Below are positions 27,131-41,507 of a stretch of DNA of 64,000 nt, in pieces. The stretch spans positions 415,532-479,531 of the forward strand of contig JAAOMT010000603.1 of NCBI GenBank assembly GCA_016748015.1, read 5' to 3'. The position numbers and the translations under genes were made by a program. This DNA comes from Geosiphon pyriformis uo1. Its lineage: Eukaryota; Fungi; Glomeromycota. Every line of letters starts with the position of its first letter. The first letter of the stretch is position 1. A model generated the notes under the pieces. It was not told where the DNA came from, did not search any database, and saw only the letters and a program-made list of their open reading frames with translations.

Positions 27131-27899
27131 TAATTTCTCTTTAACTTGGCTTTAATTAAATAGTTTTTTTATTTTTTAATATATTTAAAATTTTTTTTTT
27201 ATAAAATTTAAAATTTAAATTATTTGCAAATACCAAAAAATATTATATTTTAAATATTATTATTAAAAATTTTGGTTATTTTTTTTGATATTTTTAATGT
27301 TAAATTTATTGTTAATAAAAATTATTGAATTTTTAATAAGTTATTTATTTTCAAATATTTTTTTATATTTAAATTTATTTAATATTAGATTTAAAATAAA
27401 AAAACTAATTTTATGCTAATAACTCTTTTATAAAAAATTTTAATTGTAAATTTTTATTATATAAGTAGTTTTTTTTTTGAATTTTTAATTAAAAATTTTT
27501 TAATAAAATAAAAAAATAAAATAAAAATAAAAAATATCTAAATAATAATTTATTAAAAAATTTTTTTTACAAACTTAAAAAAAACTAATTTGATTTATTA
27601 AAATTAATAATTAATTAATTTTAAAATATTAATCAAAAATAATTAATTTCAAAGTAAATAATTTTGATTTTTTAAATAAAAATTATTAATTTATTAATTT
27701 AAAAAAAATATTTAAATATATAATATATTTTTTCAAAAAAAAAAGCTTTTTTTATATATTTAATTATAGTATTATTTTATGTTTTAAAGCTTTTTCTTTT
27801 GTTAATATTTTTATAAATTTTTAAAAATTAACTGTATATTTAAACAAATTAATGACTATCATTAAATTATTAAGTATTTTGTTAAATTTTTAAATATTA

Positions 27900-29120
27900 T
27901 AGAATTTAAAATATTATATAATCTTATTAATAATAAAAGTTATAAGAATAATTTCATGTTTTTACCAACTTAAATTTTATTTGGTAATAATATTAAGAAA
28001 AAAAATATAGTTTTAAAATTGAATAAATTACAAAATTATTATTTTTATAAAAAAAACACAAAAAATTATTTTGGAAATTTATCTATTAAAACTTTTAAAA
28101 CAAAATTTAAAAACAAATACAACAATTATTTTTATTAATATTACAATTTAAAAAAGTATTTAATAATATTTTAATAAAACAAACAATAAATATTTTTATC
28201 TTTAAAATAATAGCTAAATTAATAAACATTTATTACAAAATTAAAATAATTTTAAAACTTTATAACTTATTTAATACTTGTAAAAATAGTTATTAAAAAT
28301 TTAATATATTAAAAGATTACAAAATTAAAATTTTAACAATTTTTAAACCAAATTATTAAAATAATTTTGAATTATTATTTATAAACTTTAAAAAAACCTA
28401 ATTTTAAATAAAAATATATACTATTAAATAAAATTTAAGTTATTAAAAACATAAAATTACTCTTACAATTTTAACTATTAATTAATATTATTAATTTATT
28501 TAATTAATAATTTAATTATATAATACACAAATATAACTAAATATAATAATTAGATTATATAATACTCTATCTAAAAATTAGTTTTTAATAATTATATTTT
28601 TTTAATTTAAATTTAAATTTAAATTTTATTATTTTATTAAAAAATCTAATATTAAAAATTTTTGTAAAAAATAAACTTTTATTTAAAAAGTAATTAATTA
28701 TATAACAAAAGTTTACTGTCAAAATTTTTTATTAAAAAATTGATTTTTGTTAAAAAATAATTATATTAAAAAGTTAATTAATATAAGATTAATTATTTTA
28801 TTATAATTTTAATATTGTACAGATTTAAATATTAAAAATACATTAAAAATAAATAACTTATTAAAAATTTAACAATTTTTATTAAAAACAATATTAATAA
28901 TAATAAATATATTATTACAAATAAATATATAATTTAATAGTTTATAAGTTAATATTGTAAATTAATAAAATAATTTAAAAATTTTATTAATTTAAAAATT
29001 TTATTAATTGAATTTTTAGTATAATAACCAAAAATTCAAGTTATAATAATTGATAATATTTAAGATCTTATTTTTTGAATAAATACTGTTGATATTTGTT
29101 GTTTTTAACAAGTTAAATAT
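27900..29120 (-). mobile_element. Extremely degraded LINE RT-region remnant
   Basis: Faint motif matches (e.g. ATAACCAAAAATTC ~29023, TTAACAATTTTTATTAAAAACAATATTAAT ~28870) to the minus-strand LINE copy at ~11600-12100. Confidence 0.3.
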
Positions 29121-30414
29121 AAAAAATTAATAATTTAATAAAATAAATAAAAATTCATATGTTTAATAATTTTAATAATTAAGTTAATTATAAATAATTA
29201 TTGTAATTTTATATAAAAAAGTATTTATTTTAAGTATTAAATTATTAATTACTAAATTAAATTATTTAATCTATGTTTTTTTGTTTTTAATATTATTTTT
29301 ATATATATTTATATCTTTATAATATAAAATTTATGAAATTTTTAATAATTTTTACATCTTTTTTAAGTTATTATTAAAATTTTTAGTATTATATTTAATA
29401 ATTTCTAATATATAATTAATTAATTTTATGTTATATTAACTATTTATTATTTGTTATTTTTATTTTATAAGTAATAATATTAATATACTTTGTAAAAAAA
29501 AAATTTTAATTGTTTTTTTTAAAATAATTTTAGTTTTTTATGTTAATTTAAAATAGTTTTTTTATAATTGTACAATAATTTTTAGTAATAAAAATATAGT
29601 TTAAAATATATATATAAAGTTTAAATCTGTTTAAAAAATTTTTTTATAAAATATTGTTATATAAATCTTAATATTTAAATAATTATTAATATATTAAATT
29701 TTTTTGTAAAATTTGTTTATTAAATTTAAAAGTAAATAATTTTTAAAAAGTGAAATTGTAATTGTCTTTTATAATTTTAAATATTAAGTATTATATTAAT
29801 TTGTATAAATTATTTAATAAAATTAAAACTTTAGATTTTTTTATTATTTTTGTTTAACTTTTATATATAATTGATTAATATATCTTATATATTAAATATT
29901 AATTATTTTTTTTATAAATAATAATAATATAATATAATTTTATTAAAATAATTATTTTTAAAATATATTTAATATATTTAGTTTTTTTATTTATTTAATT
30001 TTTTTTATTTATTTAATTTTTTAAAAAAAATAAAAATTATTATTAATTTATAAATTATTGTATTATAAAAGTAATAATACAATATTATTATGTATTATTT
30101 AAAATAAATTTTTTTTAAAAAAACATATTAATATGTTTAATTATAAATATTTTTTTTATTAAAATATAATATAAGACAGCATAATTTAATATTTTTTTAT
30201 ATAAATAGCCAAATTTCAAAATTCTGTATATGTATATGATATTTAAATTTTTTAATAAAATTTATCATATAATTATATAACAATATAAATAAAAACTCTT
30301 TCTTTCGTTGATCCCCTGACCACAATGAGAGCATAGAGTAGTCAAAGAAATATCTTCCTTTTCTCTTATTCTCTTCTGTTCCCTTCAGTTATTTCTTTAC
30401 ATACACCTCTGTTT

Positions 30415-32382
30415 ATGACAATAAATCCAGTAGGCTCTTCTGCTGGTGGGTCAGCATCTGGTTTGGCTGGTGTGGGGACCTGTTCTGGTAATAAAAAAAA
30501 GGCGTGCGTTGAGAGTGTTTACGCTCATGGTCCGTCTTACAAGAAAGTGAAGAAACCTGATGATTTTGGTGTTGTTGTGGATTCATCGGCTGGCTCTCTG
30601 CCTGTAAACATGCTACATGGTAGCATTGATGACTGGAAGAAATCTTGGGGTAGTGAAATGGACAGTGAGGAATCAAGTATTGGCAGGACTTCTGACGTTG
30701 AGAACATGAAGAACACAATTGTGGAAGAAACGAGCTACGTCAATTCCGATGCTTCCGGGGATGACAAACTAATGGGTAATGCTATGCCAAAGGGTTTGAG
30801 AACAAGAATGTATGTATTTGATCACCTGCCTAAGCAGCCTTCTTTCGTTGATGTGAGTGGTACTGATGATGTTTTGGAGCTCCCTTCTTGCACATTCTAT
30901 GGATCCAATCAGTTACTGCCAGTCGCGTTACATGATCGGGAGATTTGGAATTTTATTTCAGTGAAATCTTTTGCATTGGATATTGAACTTTCTGCTGTTT
31001 CTGGGAAAACTGTTAGTGATAAGTTGATTTGTGTAAAAAAGATTTTTTATCAAGTTGATGGTTTTGGGGGGGGGCTTTGACTTCCTTAAAATTTTCTGGA
31101 ATAATAAGGTCATCATTTACATCTGAAAAAAGTTTGATTAAGGCAAGGGAAATGGCAATCAGTAAAAAAATTTTGGTAAATGATGATCTAAGAAAAATAA
31201 ACAGCCATTCAGATTGGGAGGTGATCGCCAAGGAAATCCCAGTAGATCTTCCCAAATCAGCGATTGAGGCAGTATTCTTCAAGTTTGGCAAGATTATTTC
31301 AATTAAAGTACAGCTTATTGGTCTTTGGCAAAAAGTCCTAGTGGAATATAAATCATCTGAAATAGCTGATTTGGTCACGGTTAGATGGTCTGTGCTCATG
31401 GGAAAAGATTCTGTTTGCGTGGCAAAGGCGTGTGTTGATAAACAAACGTGGGTATCTAGGGATCAGCATTGGGTGTTGTTTTACACTCTTTCAGTTGGCA
31501 CGACTGCTCATGATTTGTCTGAATTGGTGAAGGCTTATGGTGGGAAAACTTGTTTTATAGGCCATAATCCAACTTCATATGTTCGTGATCAGTGTGCTGT
31601 GATTTGTTTTGAAAGTGAGGCATCCAAGTTGGCTGCTATTGGTTCGGTTCCAGTTTTCAAAGATGTGGGCTTGTGTTGGGCTGGTCTTTCTTTGGCCAGT
31701 TGTGCTCATTGCAAACTGTTTGGTCATATTGCTGTTGATTGCTCTGTGGGTAGGGGGTCTGGGGGTTGTGGGAAATGTGCGGCGACTTCTTAGAATAGGG
31801 TACGGTTGGCCAATATTTATAGGAAGAAGCAGGCACCGATTGTCCGCCCAGTTTCTTTTGGTGGAAAGACATGGGCCCAAGTGGCAGGCAGCTCTCCCTC
31901 TTGTGTTGTCTCTTCAAGTGCTCCTGGTGTTGGTTCAATCTCTGGTTCGAAGGCTTTCTCAATGGATTCCTCCTCATTTGGTGCTGCTGATCTAGGTGGT
32001 CGCCTAACTGTGCTGGAACACTCCATGGAAATTCTCTCGGACCAAGTGTCACTCATTTTAAAGAAATTAAGTTTTCATTGACTTGGTGTCATTGGCACCC
32101 TCTCCCTCAGCTCTTCCTTTGGTATCTCCAACTGCCGTTGTTTCAGATATAGACTCAGGTTTGGCTTTGGATAGTACGTTGTTATCATCTGCCTCTTTTC
32201 CTCCCAATGTTGGTGAGTTAATTGTTGATTTCAGTCCGAGCAGTTCTAGGGTTTTGACTGCCAAGATTGGTGGTTTGGAGTCGAATATGGTGGCTCTTAA
32301 GGCTTCAGTTCACTCAGTTTTGGATAGATTGGATTATCTGCATTCTGGATCGGGTTCGTTGGCTTTTCCTTCATCTCAATGA
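30415..32382 (+). pseudogene. LINE ORF1 (RRM-like region and CCHC knuckle CAHCKLFGHIAVDC)
   Basis: ORFs 30415, 31077, 31806 and 32083 joined across a frameshift in the G9 run (31066-31074) and premature stops. Confidence 0.85.
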
Positions 32383-35300
32383 GTGGTTTGGTTTGGAAAT
32401 TTGCTGCGTGCAACATTCAGGGTATCAATGTTTCTATGAAGCAAGATGTTGTTCATTGGCATGTGAACTTGGGGAATATGGTTTCTTTCATCACTGAGAC
32501 TAAGTTGAGGTCCTCTTCTGGGCCATGGATAAAGGACAAATTTGATGGAGTGCGAATATTTTTTTCTGGCTTGGATAAAGGTTTTATGGGTGCTGGAGTT
32601 GCAATTGTTATAAACGTTTCTTTGGCCTGTCATGTATCTAAGGTGGAAGAAATTCCTGGTCAGATTATTTCTGTTTGGCTCCTGTTTAAGGACAAGCTCT
32701 TGGTTACTGTTTTGGAGTTGTATGCTGGTGCCTCTTCTGGAGCTAGATTTGGTCAGGCTTCTGAAGTTAACTCTCTCATTGCAAAGGCAGTCAACTCCAG
32801 CAATTTTGTTATCTTGGGTGGGGACTTTAATGAGAATGAATCTGGTAGAAGTGCTAGTTTCAAGTTTTGTTTGAGTTTGGGTTTGGTCAATTCATTTGTT
32901 GGTTATCATTTGGCTAATTTTTATATGTGGAGCAATTCGAGAGGAGTTGGGAAAACGATTGATTACATTTTTGTTGGTGGTAATTTGTCTTCTGCTATTG
33001 CTGGTTATTAAGTTGTCTCTGTTTTGGATTTCTTTGACACCGATCACAAAGCAGTTGTGGTTTCAGTTGGTTTGGGTGGGCTTCTAGATGTACAATTGAA
33101 TAGTTTGTGCAAGCAGGTGAATAAAGATTGTTGGAAGTTCAAAATCAAGAATGCTGACTGTGTTGGATGGGCTAAGTTTAAGGATCTCTCGTCAGCTAGA
33201 CTTTTGTCTTTGGGTGAGGTGTTCTTTGGTACCGAAATACGTGGTAATGTGGATACAATGTGGGCAGTTTTGGTGGGGGCTGTAGTAGATTCTGCTGATG
33301 TGACATTTTCAAGGCTTTGGTTTAGTGAATTCAAGTGTTCAAGAAACAAACATTCTTCTAGGTTTTTTGGTCTGAAATTGTTGGTGGCCAAGATTGTCAA
33401 AAAATTTTGCTCTGGTGACTTACTGGGTGCTGATTGTCTTGTGAGTAAATAGTCAACTTTGAATAATGTAAAGGCTCATGTTTTCAAGGACTTGGTGGGC
33501 TCAGGTGTTAAATTTGATGTTGTTGTTAGGCATTTGTCATTGGTTCGCAGAGATTACAAGAGATCGAAGATGTTTGAATCAAGGTTGGCTGAGAAAGCTT
33601 CAGTTAAGAAGGCGATTGAAAAGCGCATGGATAATTTCTGTTTGGATAAGGGTAGTATGATCAGGAGTATGTTGGAAAAGCCTTTTTGCAAGGTCGTGCT
33701 GGATCACTTAATAGTTGACAATGATCTGGTTTTGTTGTCTGAAGAGGTGAAGTCCAGTGTGGATAGAATAATGGAGGGGTGGACGAGGAAACGCTCCGTG
33801 CAGTTAGTGCTTCCTGGTCTTTGGGCTCGTCAGTACGCGCCTTTGGACTATGTTCGGGATGATGCTTTTTCAGGTGTTATGAGTGCTATCAGTATGGGCA
33901 AATTACTCTCTGTTGTTGGTGGTCTTCCTGATGACAAGACTGCTGGTTTGTCTGGTGTTCCTAATGAGTTGTGAAAACATGGTGGTGAGGTGGTTTTGGG
34001 GTGCCTGTTGGCACTGTTTAATAAATGTTTGTCTGTTGGTGTGGTGCCTGTTTTGTGGAAGAGGGTTTGGGTGTCAATGATTCCTAAGCCTTATGACTGG
34101 GATGGAGTTCTTATGAACACTCGGCCCATTGTTTTGATTGAGACAGCCAGGAAGATTCTTTCTAAGATTCTGTCTGATCGTATTTCAATGGCTTGTAGCA
34201 AGTTTAATGTTCTTCAGGGTGACAACTTTTCGGTGCTGAAGGGTACGTCTACCCAATCTCTGGTGTTTGCTGTCAGATCGGTGATTGAGGATGCCATTGA
34301 GAAAGATAGGGAGTTATGGTTGGTCTTACAAGATATGCGGAAAGCTTACAATTCAGTTGGGTGGCACCATTTAAGAGCTAGTTTGCGGCATGTCAAGATG
34401 TGTGAGAGATTCATAAGGTTTTTTGGTGGTATTCATGAGGATAGAGTTAATAGGGTGATGACTGACTTTGGTTTGTCTGGTGGTTATAAGGTGTATGATG
34501 GGCTGGATCAGGATGAGGTCTTTTTGCTGCTTCTTTGGAGAATTTTTTATGATCTGTTTTTGTGTGAGGTTAAGAGGCACGAACAATTGTGTGGGTACTG
34601 GATTGATACTAAGTTTGTTTCAAAATCTGGCAGAATTGAGAGCGGTGGCGGTTTGACATCATATTTTTTGGCTGGTGCATTTGTTAATGATACAATCTGG
34701 GTTGGAAATTGTCAAGCTTCTACTCAATATGCTCTGAACATTACCAGTGAATTTTTTGTGATCAATGATATTTCTATCAATAGTGAAAAGACGGTAGCTA
34801 TTCCCATCAATCAGGGCGTTAAAGTTGCTTCACTAAACATTTGTGGTCAGCCAATTTCTATTGCTAAGAAAGGAGAAGCACATTGGTATCTGGGTATTTT
34901 TCTGTCAACTGAAAGGCTCTCCAAGCCGAGTGTTGCTAAGGCTCATGTGGATGTACGTTTCTTCGTCAATGTTGTGCTTAGGAAGGATATTACAGACAAA
35001 CAGTTCTCCTATCTGGTGTCGGCTGTTTTGCAGCCTATTGTTGCCTATCGTATTCAGTTCAGTTTTGTCTCATTTAATGTTTGTCGCAAGTGGGATGTCT
35101 TGGTTAGAAAGGATCTTAGGTCCAAGGCTTGTCTCCCTCATGATTTTCCAGATGCTGCTTTACATCATTCCTCATTGTATGGCCTAAAGCCTTTTGAGCA
35201 GGTGCAGTCAGAAGGGAAGATTGCTGCTTTGATGGTGTTCTCTAATGCCTATGGTATTCTTGGGCATTTGTTTAGACATAGGTTTTTGGACCTTCAGATT

Positions 35301-37060
35301 CTTAGTTGGGCTCCTTTGGATCTTTTGCAGTTTCTGGTCAGGTTGCGTGTTAGTCCGGTGAACAATTTTTTGGCTGGGATAGTAAAAATCTTTCTGGACA
35401 ATGAGCTTGCTTTGGTGAACAACCTTCCCACTGTATTTCGTAGTCCTGGTCAGTTTCTGTTGTCCTCTGTTCTTGGAAAGTCTCTGTATTTTGATTTGGT
35501 CAAATCTTTTAAACGTTTTGGTGTCACTTTTGGTGATCAGTTTTTTGATAAGAAGGGCGTTTTGTTGGATTGGAAAACTTTTCATCGTTGGAAAAGGTTG
35601 GATCCGTGTGGCCCTGTGTCTCACTGGTTCATGGTTTCTTCTGAGTTTTTGAAGGGTCAGGGTTACTCATTTTCTGGTTCTATTGGCTATGCGGAAAAGC
35701 TTGGTTTGAACATTTTGGGGTCTGAGGAATTTTCTGTGGTAAAAGATAGGATGCATGACGTTTGGTCGGGCTTTTTTGAAGTTTTTACGGATGGGTCTTT
35801 GAAGAATGCAGGCTCTGCTGAAGTTGCCTGTGGTGCTGTTGCATACTTTCCAGTCTTGAATAAAAGCATTGGTGTTGCTGTTCGTGGCCTTTTGTCATCT
35901 ACTTTGGCCGAGTTACAGGCTGTTGCTTTGGCTTTGGAGTGTGTTCCTTCTTCTAGTACTGTGGTGTTACGTCTTAACAGCCAGGCTGCCATTGATGCAT
36001 GTGTATCTGAGATGTCCTTGGTTGCCCCTGATTTCCATAATCAATGCTGGCTGGAAAGGCGTCATATTTTCAATTTGGTCAGGGATAAGGATCTTAGCAT
36101 GAGTTGGGTTAAGGTGAAAGGACACTCTGGGATTCCTGATAATGTAAAAGCTGACTTGGCTGCTGAGGCTGCCTCTGGGTCTCCCTTTTCTCTTTGTGCC
36201 GATGTGCATGAACATTTTTTGGTTGCTGAGGGTATTGCTGTTTCTGGTAATGCCCGTCATTTTGTCAGGAATATTTTTCAATCAATTTGTTGTGCTCGTT
36301 GGGAAGCTGGGCCTGGTTGTGACGTGGTTCCGAATGCGATAATTGGTTGCATAAACTGGGTTGTCACAGCAGAGGTGTGACATCCTGATTCTCATATGCT
36401 TGCTGGGTTCACTAGCTGCGCATCCTCAATGCTTCACACTTATGTTATGAAGGCTGTACACAGGAGGTTGCCAGTGGCGGTAAGGAAGAGGTTGTATGAT
36501 AAGTGCTATCCTAGTGTACTGTGTTTGTTTTGTGGCGAGGTGAAGTTCTCTGACCACGCTTTTACTTGTGTTCATGAGTCTGGCGTTCGTGATGAGATTT
36601 TGGCAGAGGCTTCTGCCCGTTGGTCAGCTTTGGCTGGTGGTTCCCCTGCTTCTGCCATGTTGTGAGTTTTGTCTCAATGTTCTATTGATGTTGGGCTGTA
36701 CACTTTGGTGTGCAAAAGGTTTGTGCTGGAGAGTGGTATGAGGAGGCTTGCAGTGTTTTTGAGGATAGAAAGATGGCCGCTGCTCGGATTGTTGATTTTG
36801 TCAGGTTTGTTGTTGGGTTATATCATGCTAAAGTATGGTTGGCTAGGGCCAGCCACCAGGTGGTGATGGAGAAGGCTGGTCTGGTTTGTGACGTTGGTGT
36901 TGTTTCTGGGCTTCCTTGTGGTATGTCTTCGGTTTTGTCTGATGGTGTTGTGAGATTGCTTGGTGTGGCCAATTCCTTTGCTGTTAGCTTTGGTCATTGG
37001 AAGCCTTATTGTTTCTTTTCTGGTCTGGGTAGCAGTGTGCAGGTAATTATAGATGTGTAG
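32379..37060 (+). pseudogene. LINE ORF2: APE endonuclease - RT - RNase H - CCHC
   Basis: ACNIQG/ITETK/LGGDFN/IDYIF/TDH (APE); IPKP, RPIVL, QDMRKAYN, AFVNDT (RT, DD->ND); VFTDGS, AELQAV, VKGHSG (RNase H); CLFC...H...C. Same frame with five premature stops and a frameshift near 36733. Confidence 0.92.
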
Positions 37061-39186
37061 TGTTGCCTTATCTGGTCTGAGTGGCTAGCCACATGTAGAA
37101 AGTGCGTGAGTCGCGTTTAGTTTGAGCCTCTTAGTTTGGTTCTATGTACTAGATAGTGATTGGGCTACACTCATTAAATGTGTTAAATAAAAAAAAAAAA
37201 TATAAATTTTTTTTTAGATTTTAATTTTTAAAGAACAAGATTAAAAAAATAAAAACAAAATAAATATTTAGATAGTTTCTTAAAATAAATTATAAAAGTA
37301 ATATAACAGAATAAAACTTTTTTAATTTATTTTTTATGTTAAATATAAAACATGTTATAAAACATATATACTAAATAAAACAAACATAAAAACCATATTT
37401 TATAAGCAATATAATAAATAATATATTGTATATTAACTTTTTAATTAAAAAACATTTTAATAATCTATTTAATTTTTTTTAATTGATTATTTTTTATAAA
37501 TTCTCTTTTATCAATAACTTTTAAATTATAATATATTGATTATTTTTTTGTTAAGATTAAGTTTTTGATAATTTTTTTGTTTATAAACAGTATATTTAGC
37601 TGTTGTTTTAGTTAGTATATTTTAATATACATTTATTTTTTAGAAACTTAGTTTAACATATATATAAATACACTTTATTAAAACCAAATCTAAGATTTCA
37701 GAAACAATACAATATAGACTATTTTAAGAATAATCATAATTCTGTTATATATATGTTTTTACAGTATTTTAATACATTTTTATATAGTTAAGTTTCAAAT
37801 AAAACTTGAAATAAAAAATTATTTTGTTTTTTTTTTCTAATTTTTTTTATATTACTTTAACATTATTATTTTTTGTTTTTATATTTTTAACAATCTGTTA
37901 TTAACTTTTTTTATCATAATTTTTGTTTTTGTAAAATAATTTTTATCTTTTTAATATTTAATAAATAAAAATTAATAATTAAATATAAATACAAATCACA
38001 AAATTTTTATTTTTTATTTGGCCTTATAATTTTTTTTTGAATAATCAAAAAAAAACCATATTTTAAATATAATTATTTCATATAATAAAATATATTTTTG
38101 GCTATTAACTTTTAGAATTCATATTTATCTTTTTTATATTTAATATATTTGGTACTATTATTGTGTAAATTGTTAAATTATTAAATATTTATATTTTAAT
38201 AGCTCTTAAATGTGTTTTTTTAAAGATAATAATTGCTTTATGTATTTGATTTAACAATTTTTTGTTATTTTAATATCTATTATAGTTTGTATTTAATATC
38301 ATAATTATTTGTGCTTTTTTTTATTATCTTTTAACTACTTAATTTCTTTGTTAAAAAATTGTTAACATGTAAGTCTGCACTCATATTTTTTTTTCAATAA
38401 TTATTTTTTATATAATTATTAAAATACATGTATTTTATTATAAACATAAAATATTGATTCATTATATATTAATAAAATATGTGATTTTTAATTTAAATAT
38501 AAATTAAGTAGTATTTTTACTCTATACTTTTTATTAAATTATTTGGACATCAATAATTCTAATTTAGAAACTTGGTTTAAAATTTATTTCAATATGCAAT
38601 TATATTAAAATGTTTATAATTATCAATATAATTTTTTTTTAATATTGCTTGTATATAAAACCAAAATAATACATCTATTATTATGTTATTCAAATATTAA
38701 TTATTTATAGTATATTAAATTCAAGGTCAAAAAAGATTTTTTTTTTAAGATATTGTTTTATTAAGTAAAAATTTACTTTAAATTTTATTAATCTGAAATA
38801 AATTATTATATGCATAGATAAAATTTTATTATAAAGCAAAAATTTAGATGAATATTTTCTTTAAAAATGTTATTTATAATAATATTATTAATATAAAATA
38901 ATTTTTATATAATAAAATTATTAATTATTATTTTTTAAACATATTATTATCTATTTTTTTATATACCAAGCATAATATTTGTCTTTTTTATGAATAATTG
39001 TAATTGTATTATTAGAATTTTTTTATTTTTTATTTTTTAAAAAATATAAATACTAAATAACAGATTAATATTATACTAGTTTAATTTTTTTTGGTTTTTT
39101 GTTATTTATTAATTTATTAATTTTTTTTATTGTGTTTTCAATATTTTTTTCCAATTATTTTATTTTTATTTTTATTATTTTTGTTA

Positions 39187-39230
<44 letters not shown>

Positions 39231-40509
39231 TTTTTTTTGTAATTTTTGGAAAAAAATTGGTAATATAAATTGTTTTTATAGCAGCTTGTCTATTTTTAGC
39301 CCATTTTTGTTAATATGTTTTTAGAATTGCTTATGTAAACAAACGGTTATTTTTGATTTTTGATTTGTTTAAATTTAATATTAACAAATTTCATTTTTGA
39401 TTTATTTATTAATATTTTTTCTAAAAATTTATTATTACTAATATCAATACTATTTTTAATATTTTTAATGTCTTTTATACTATTTAACTTGATCATAAAT
39501 TGTACTGGTAAGTTAGTTTATAAGAATTATTAAATATTAAAAGTTTTTTTTTGTAATTAAAATACATATTTGTTTTTTTATAACATTTTAAAAATCCAAG
39601 TAAATTAAAAAATGCATTTTAATTATAAAATACATAATTAATTATCATGTAAATTAATATTTAGCCAATTAAATTTATTTTATTTGTTTGGTCAAATTAA
39701 TATAAACTTATAAAAAAAAGACAACTTTAAATTGCTAAAACTTTTAATTGAATAATTATTTTTAAAAATTTTTTTAGCCAAATTGTACTTATATTAAAGA
39801 AGAATATTTTGACTAAAATATTTTTTTGTTTAATAAAAATTGAATGGCTAATAGTAATTTTAAAAAAATTATTTTTAGTATTGAATTATATTGTCCTGTA
39901 TTGTATAAATAAATTTTTATAAATTTGAGTTTTTTTATATAATTTTTGTATTTAAGTAAAACATAAACTATTTTTTTTAATAAATGTATTAAATAAAAAA
40001 TACTTTATTAAAGTTTTTTTAATAATATTAATTTAAAATTGTAATTTTTTATGATTATTATGTTTTAACAAAGTAATTTTTTTTACTATTTACAGTATAA
40101 AACATATATATTCTATAATAAGCATAAATTATATACTTTTTGTACATAATTAATTATTTAAACTTTTATTAAAACAATATTAAACACTATACAACAAATT
40201 AACAAATACATATAAATTACATATTATGTATTTTTACATATTCAAAATATTAAAAAAATTTAAAAACTTAAACTATATTAATAAAACTTAAATATTTAAT
40301 ATTAAACGAACCAATATCAGACAAAATATTTAAAACAGCACATTTAATACTACCAAGATTTATAAATTTATTAGCTATAATTATAATTGAATCTAATTTT
40401 TTAGATTTAGTCTTTAATCTTATAATGTAAAAAATATTGTTAATATATTATAAACAAATTGCTTAGCACTAAAAATTCATAATTTTTTGAAAAGTATAAT
40501 TTTAGTGAT

Positions 40510-40541
<32 letters not shown>

Positions 40542-41507
40542 GACTATTTTTCTTAAAAATTAAGATTAAAAACTTTAATTTATTTTACATTTTTTTTTCG
40601 AATAAATTAATATTCGCATTTTTTGATTGTGAATATACTATAATATAGATTATAACTGTAATAATTCACTTTAAAGAAAATATATATATTTGCAATATCA
40701 GATTTTTTTATATTAAATTATATTATTATTTATAAATGTTTTTTAATTATTTGTTATATAATAACATTTATCTAATTAAATATTTTTAATTTAATTAACA
40801 AAAATTTTATAAATATATATATATATCTTTATCTATAACTATATAATTTATATGATATAAATATAATTATAATAATTATATAATAATAGTTTTTTTTATA
40901 TTTATTTTAATTGATATTTGTTAATTGTATAAAATTACAATTTTGTATTTTAATAAAAAGTTAAATAATTTGACTAATTTATATTGCAATTAATTTCCTA
41001 ATTTATCATTTTATTATTAAAAAAAATTTGTATTCAGCTTTTATCATTTTTTATCCTGAATTTGGGTAATTTATAATAACTTTATTGAATAACAAAATAT
41101 CCTCATTACAATTAATATAGCTTTTAACGAAAAACATTAGGTTTTCATTTTGCCATATCACTTTCAAGACATTTTGCGTATAATTTTTTCTATGAAATAA
41201 ATCTCTGAACCTTTTTTTTCCTAATATGGCTAAGACTATTTATGTTGACAGTGTTACAAATTCAACATTCCCTTTTTCGTGACCTTTCTTGGTTTGAGAT
41301 TTTGATTGACATGACCTATCAGAAAAATTTATAAATTTGCCAACCTCTTAGTTCTTATAAATTCTAATATTATTATTATTTCAAGGTGTAAACAAACAAA
41401 AAAAGATAAATAAGAGGTGTATTAGAGAAAACGGAGAGAATTTAACAATCTTTTATCAGGTTGTAGTAAGAGTCCTTATCGCAGAAGGTTAGAGTAGTAA
41501 CCCTTGT

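Larger units (their letters stand above)
30291..37200 (+). mobile_element. Near-intact full-length non-LTR retrotransposon (L1-like) with RNase H, poly(A) tail, possible TSD AATATAAAT
   Basis: Sharp GC rise at ~30295; ORF1 and ORF2; poly(A) at 37189-37200. AATATAAAT occurs at 30282-30290 and 37199-37207 (low-complexity caveat). Confidence 0.93.

Noticed and set aside
31066-31074. Programmed frameshift in LINE ORF1
   Set aside because: G9 homopolymer; slippage or a sequencing error is more parsimonious.
30413-36281. Many antisense and alternate-frame ORFs over the LINE (and over the gypsy gag)
   Set aside because: Shadows of the strand-skewed coding sequence; no recognisable motifs.
39130-39324. 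Poly-Leu ORF
   Set aside because: Produced by a (TTA)n tract in degraded repeat sequence.
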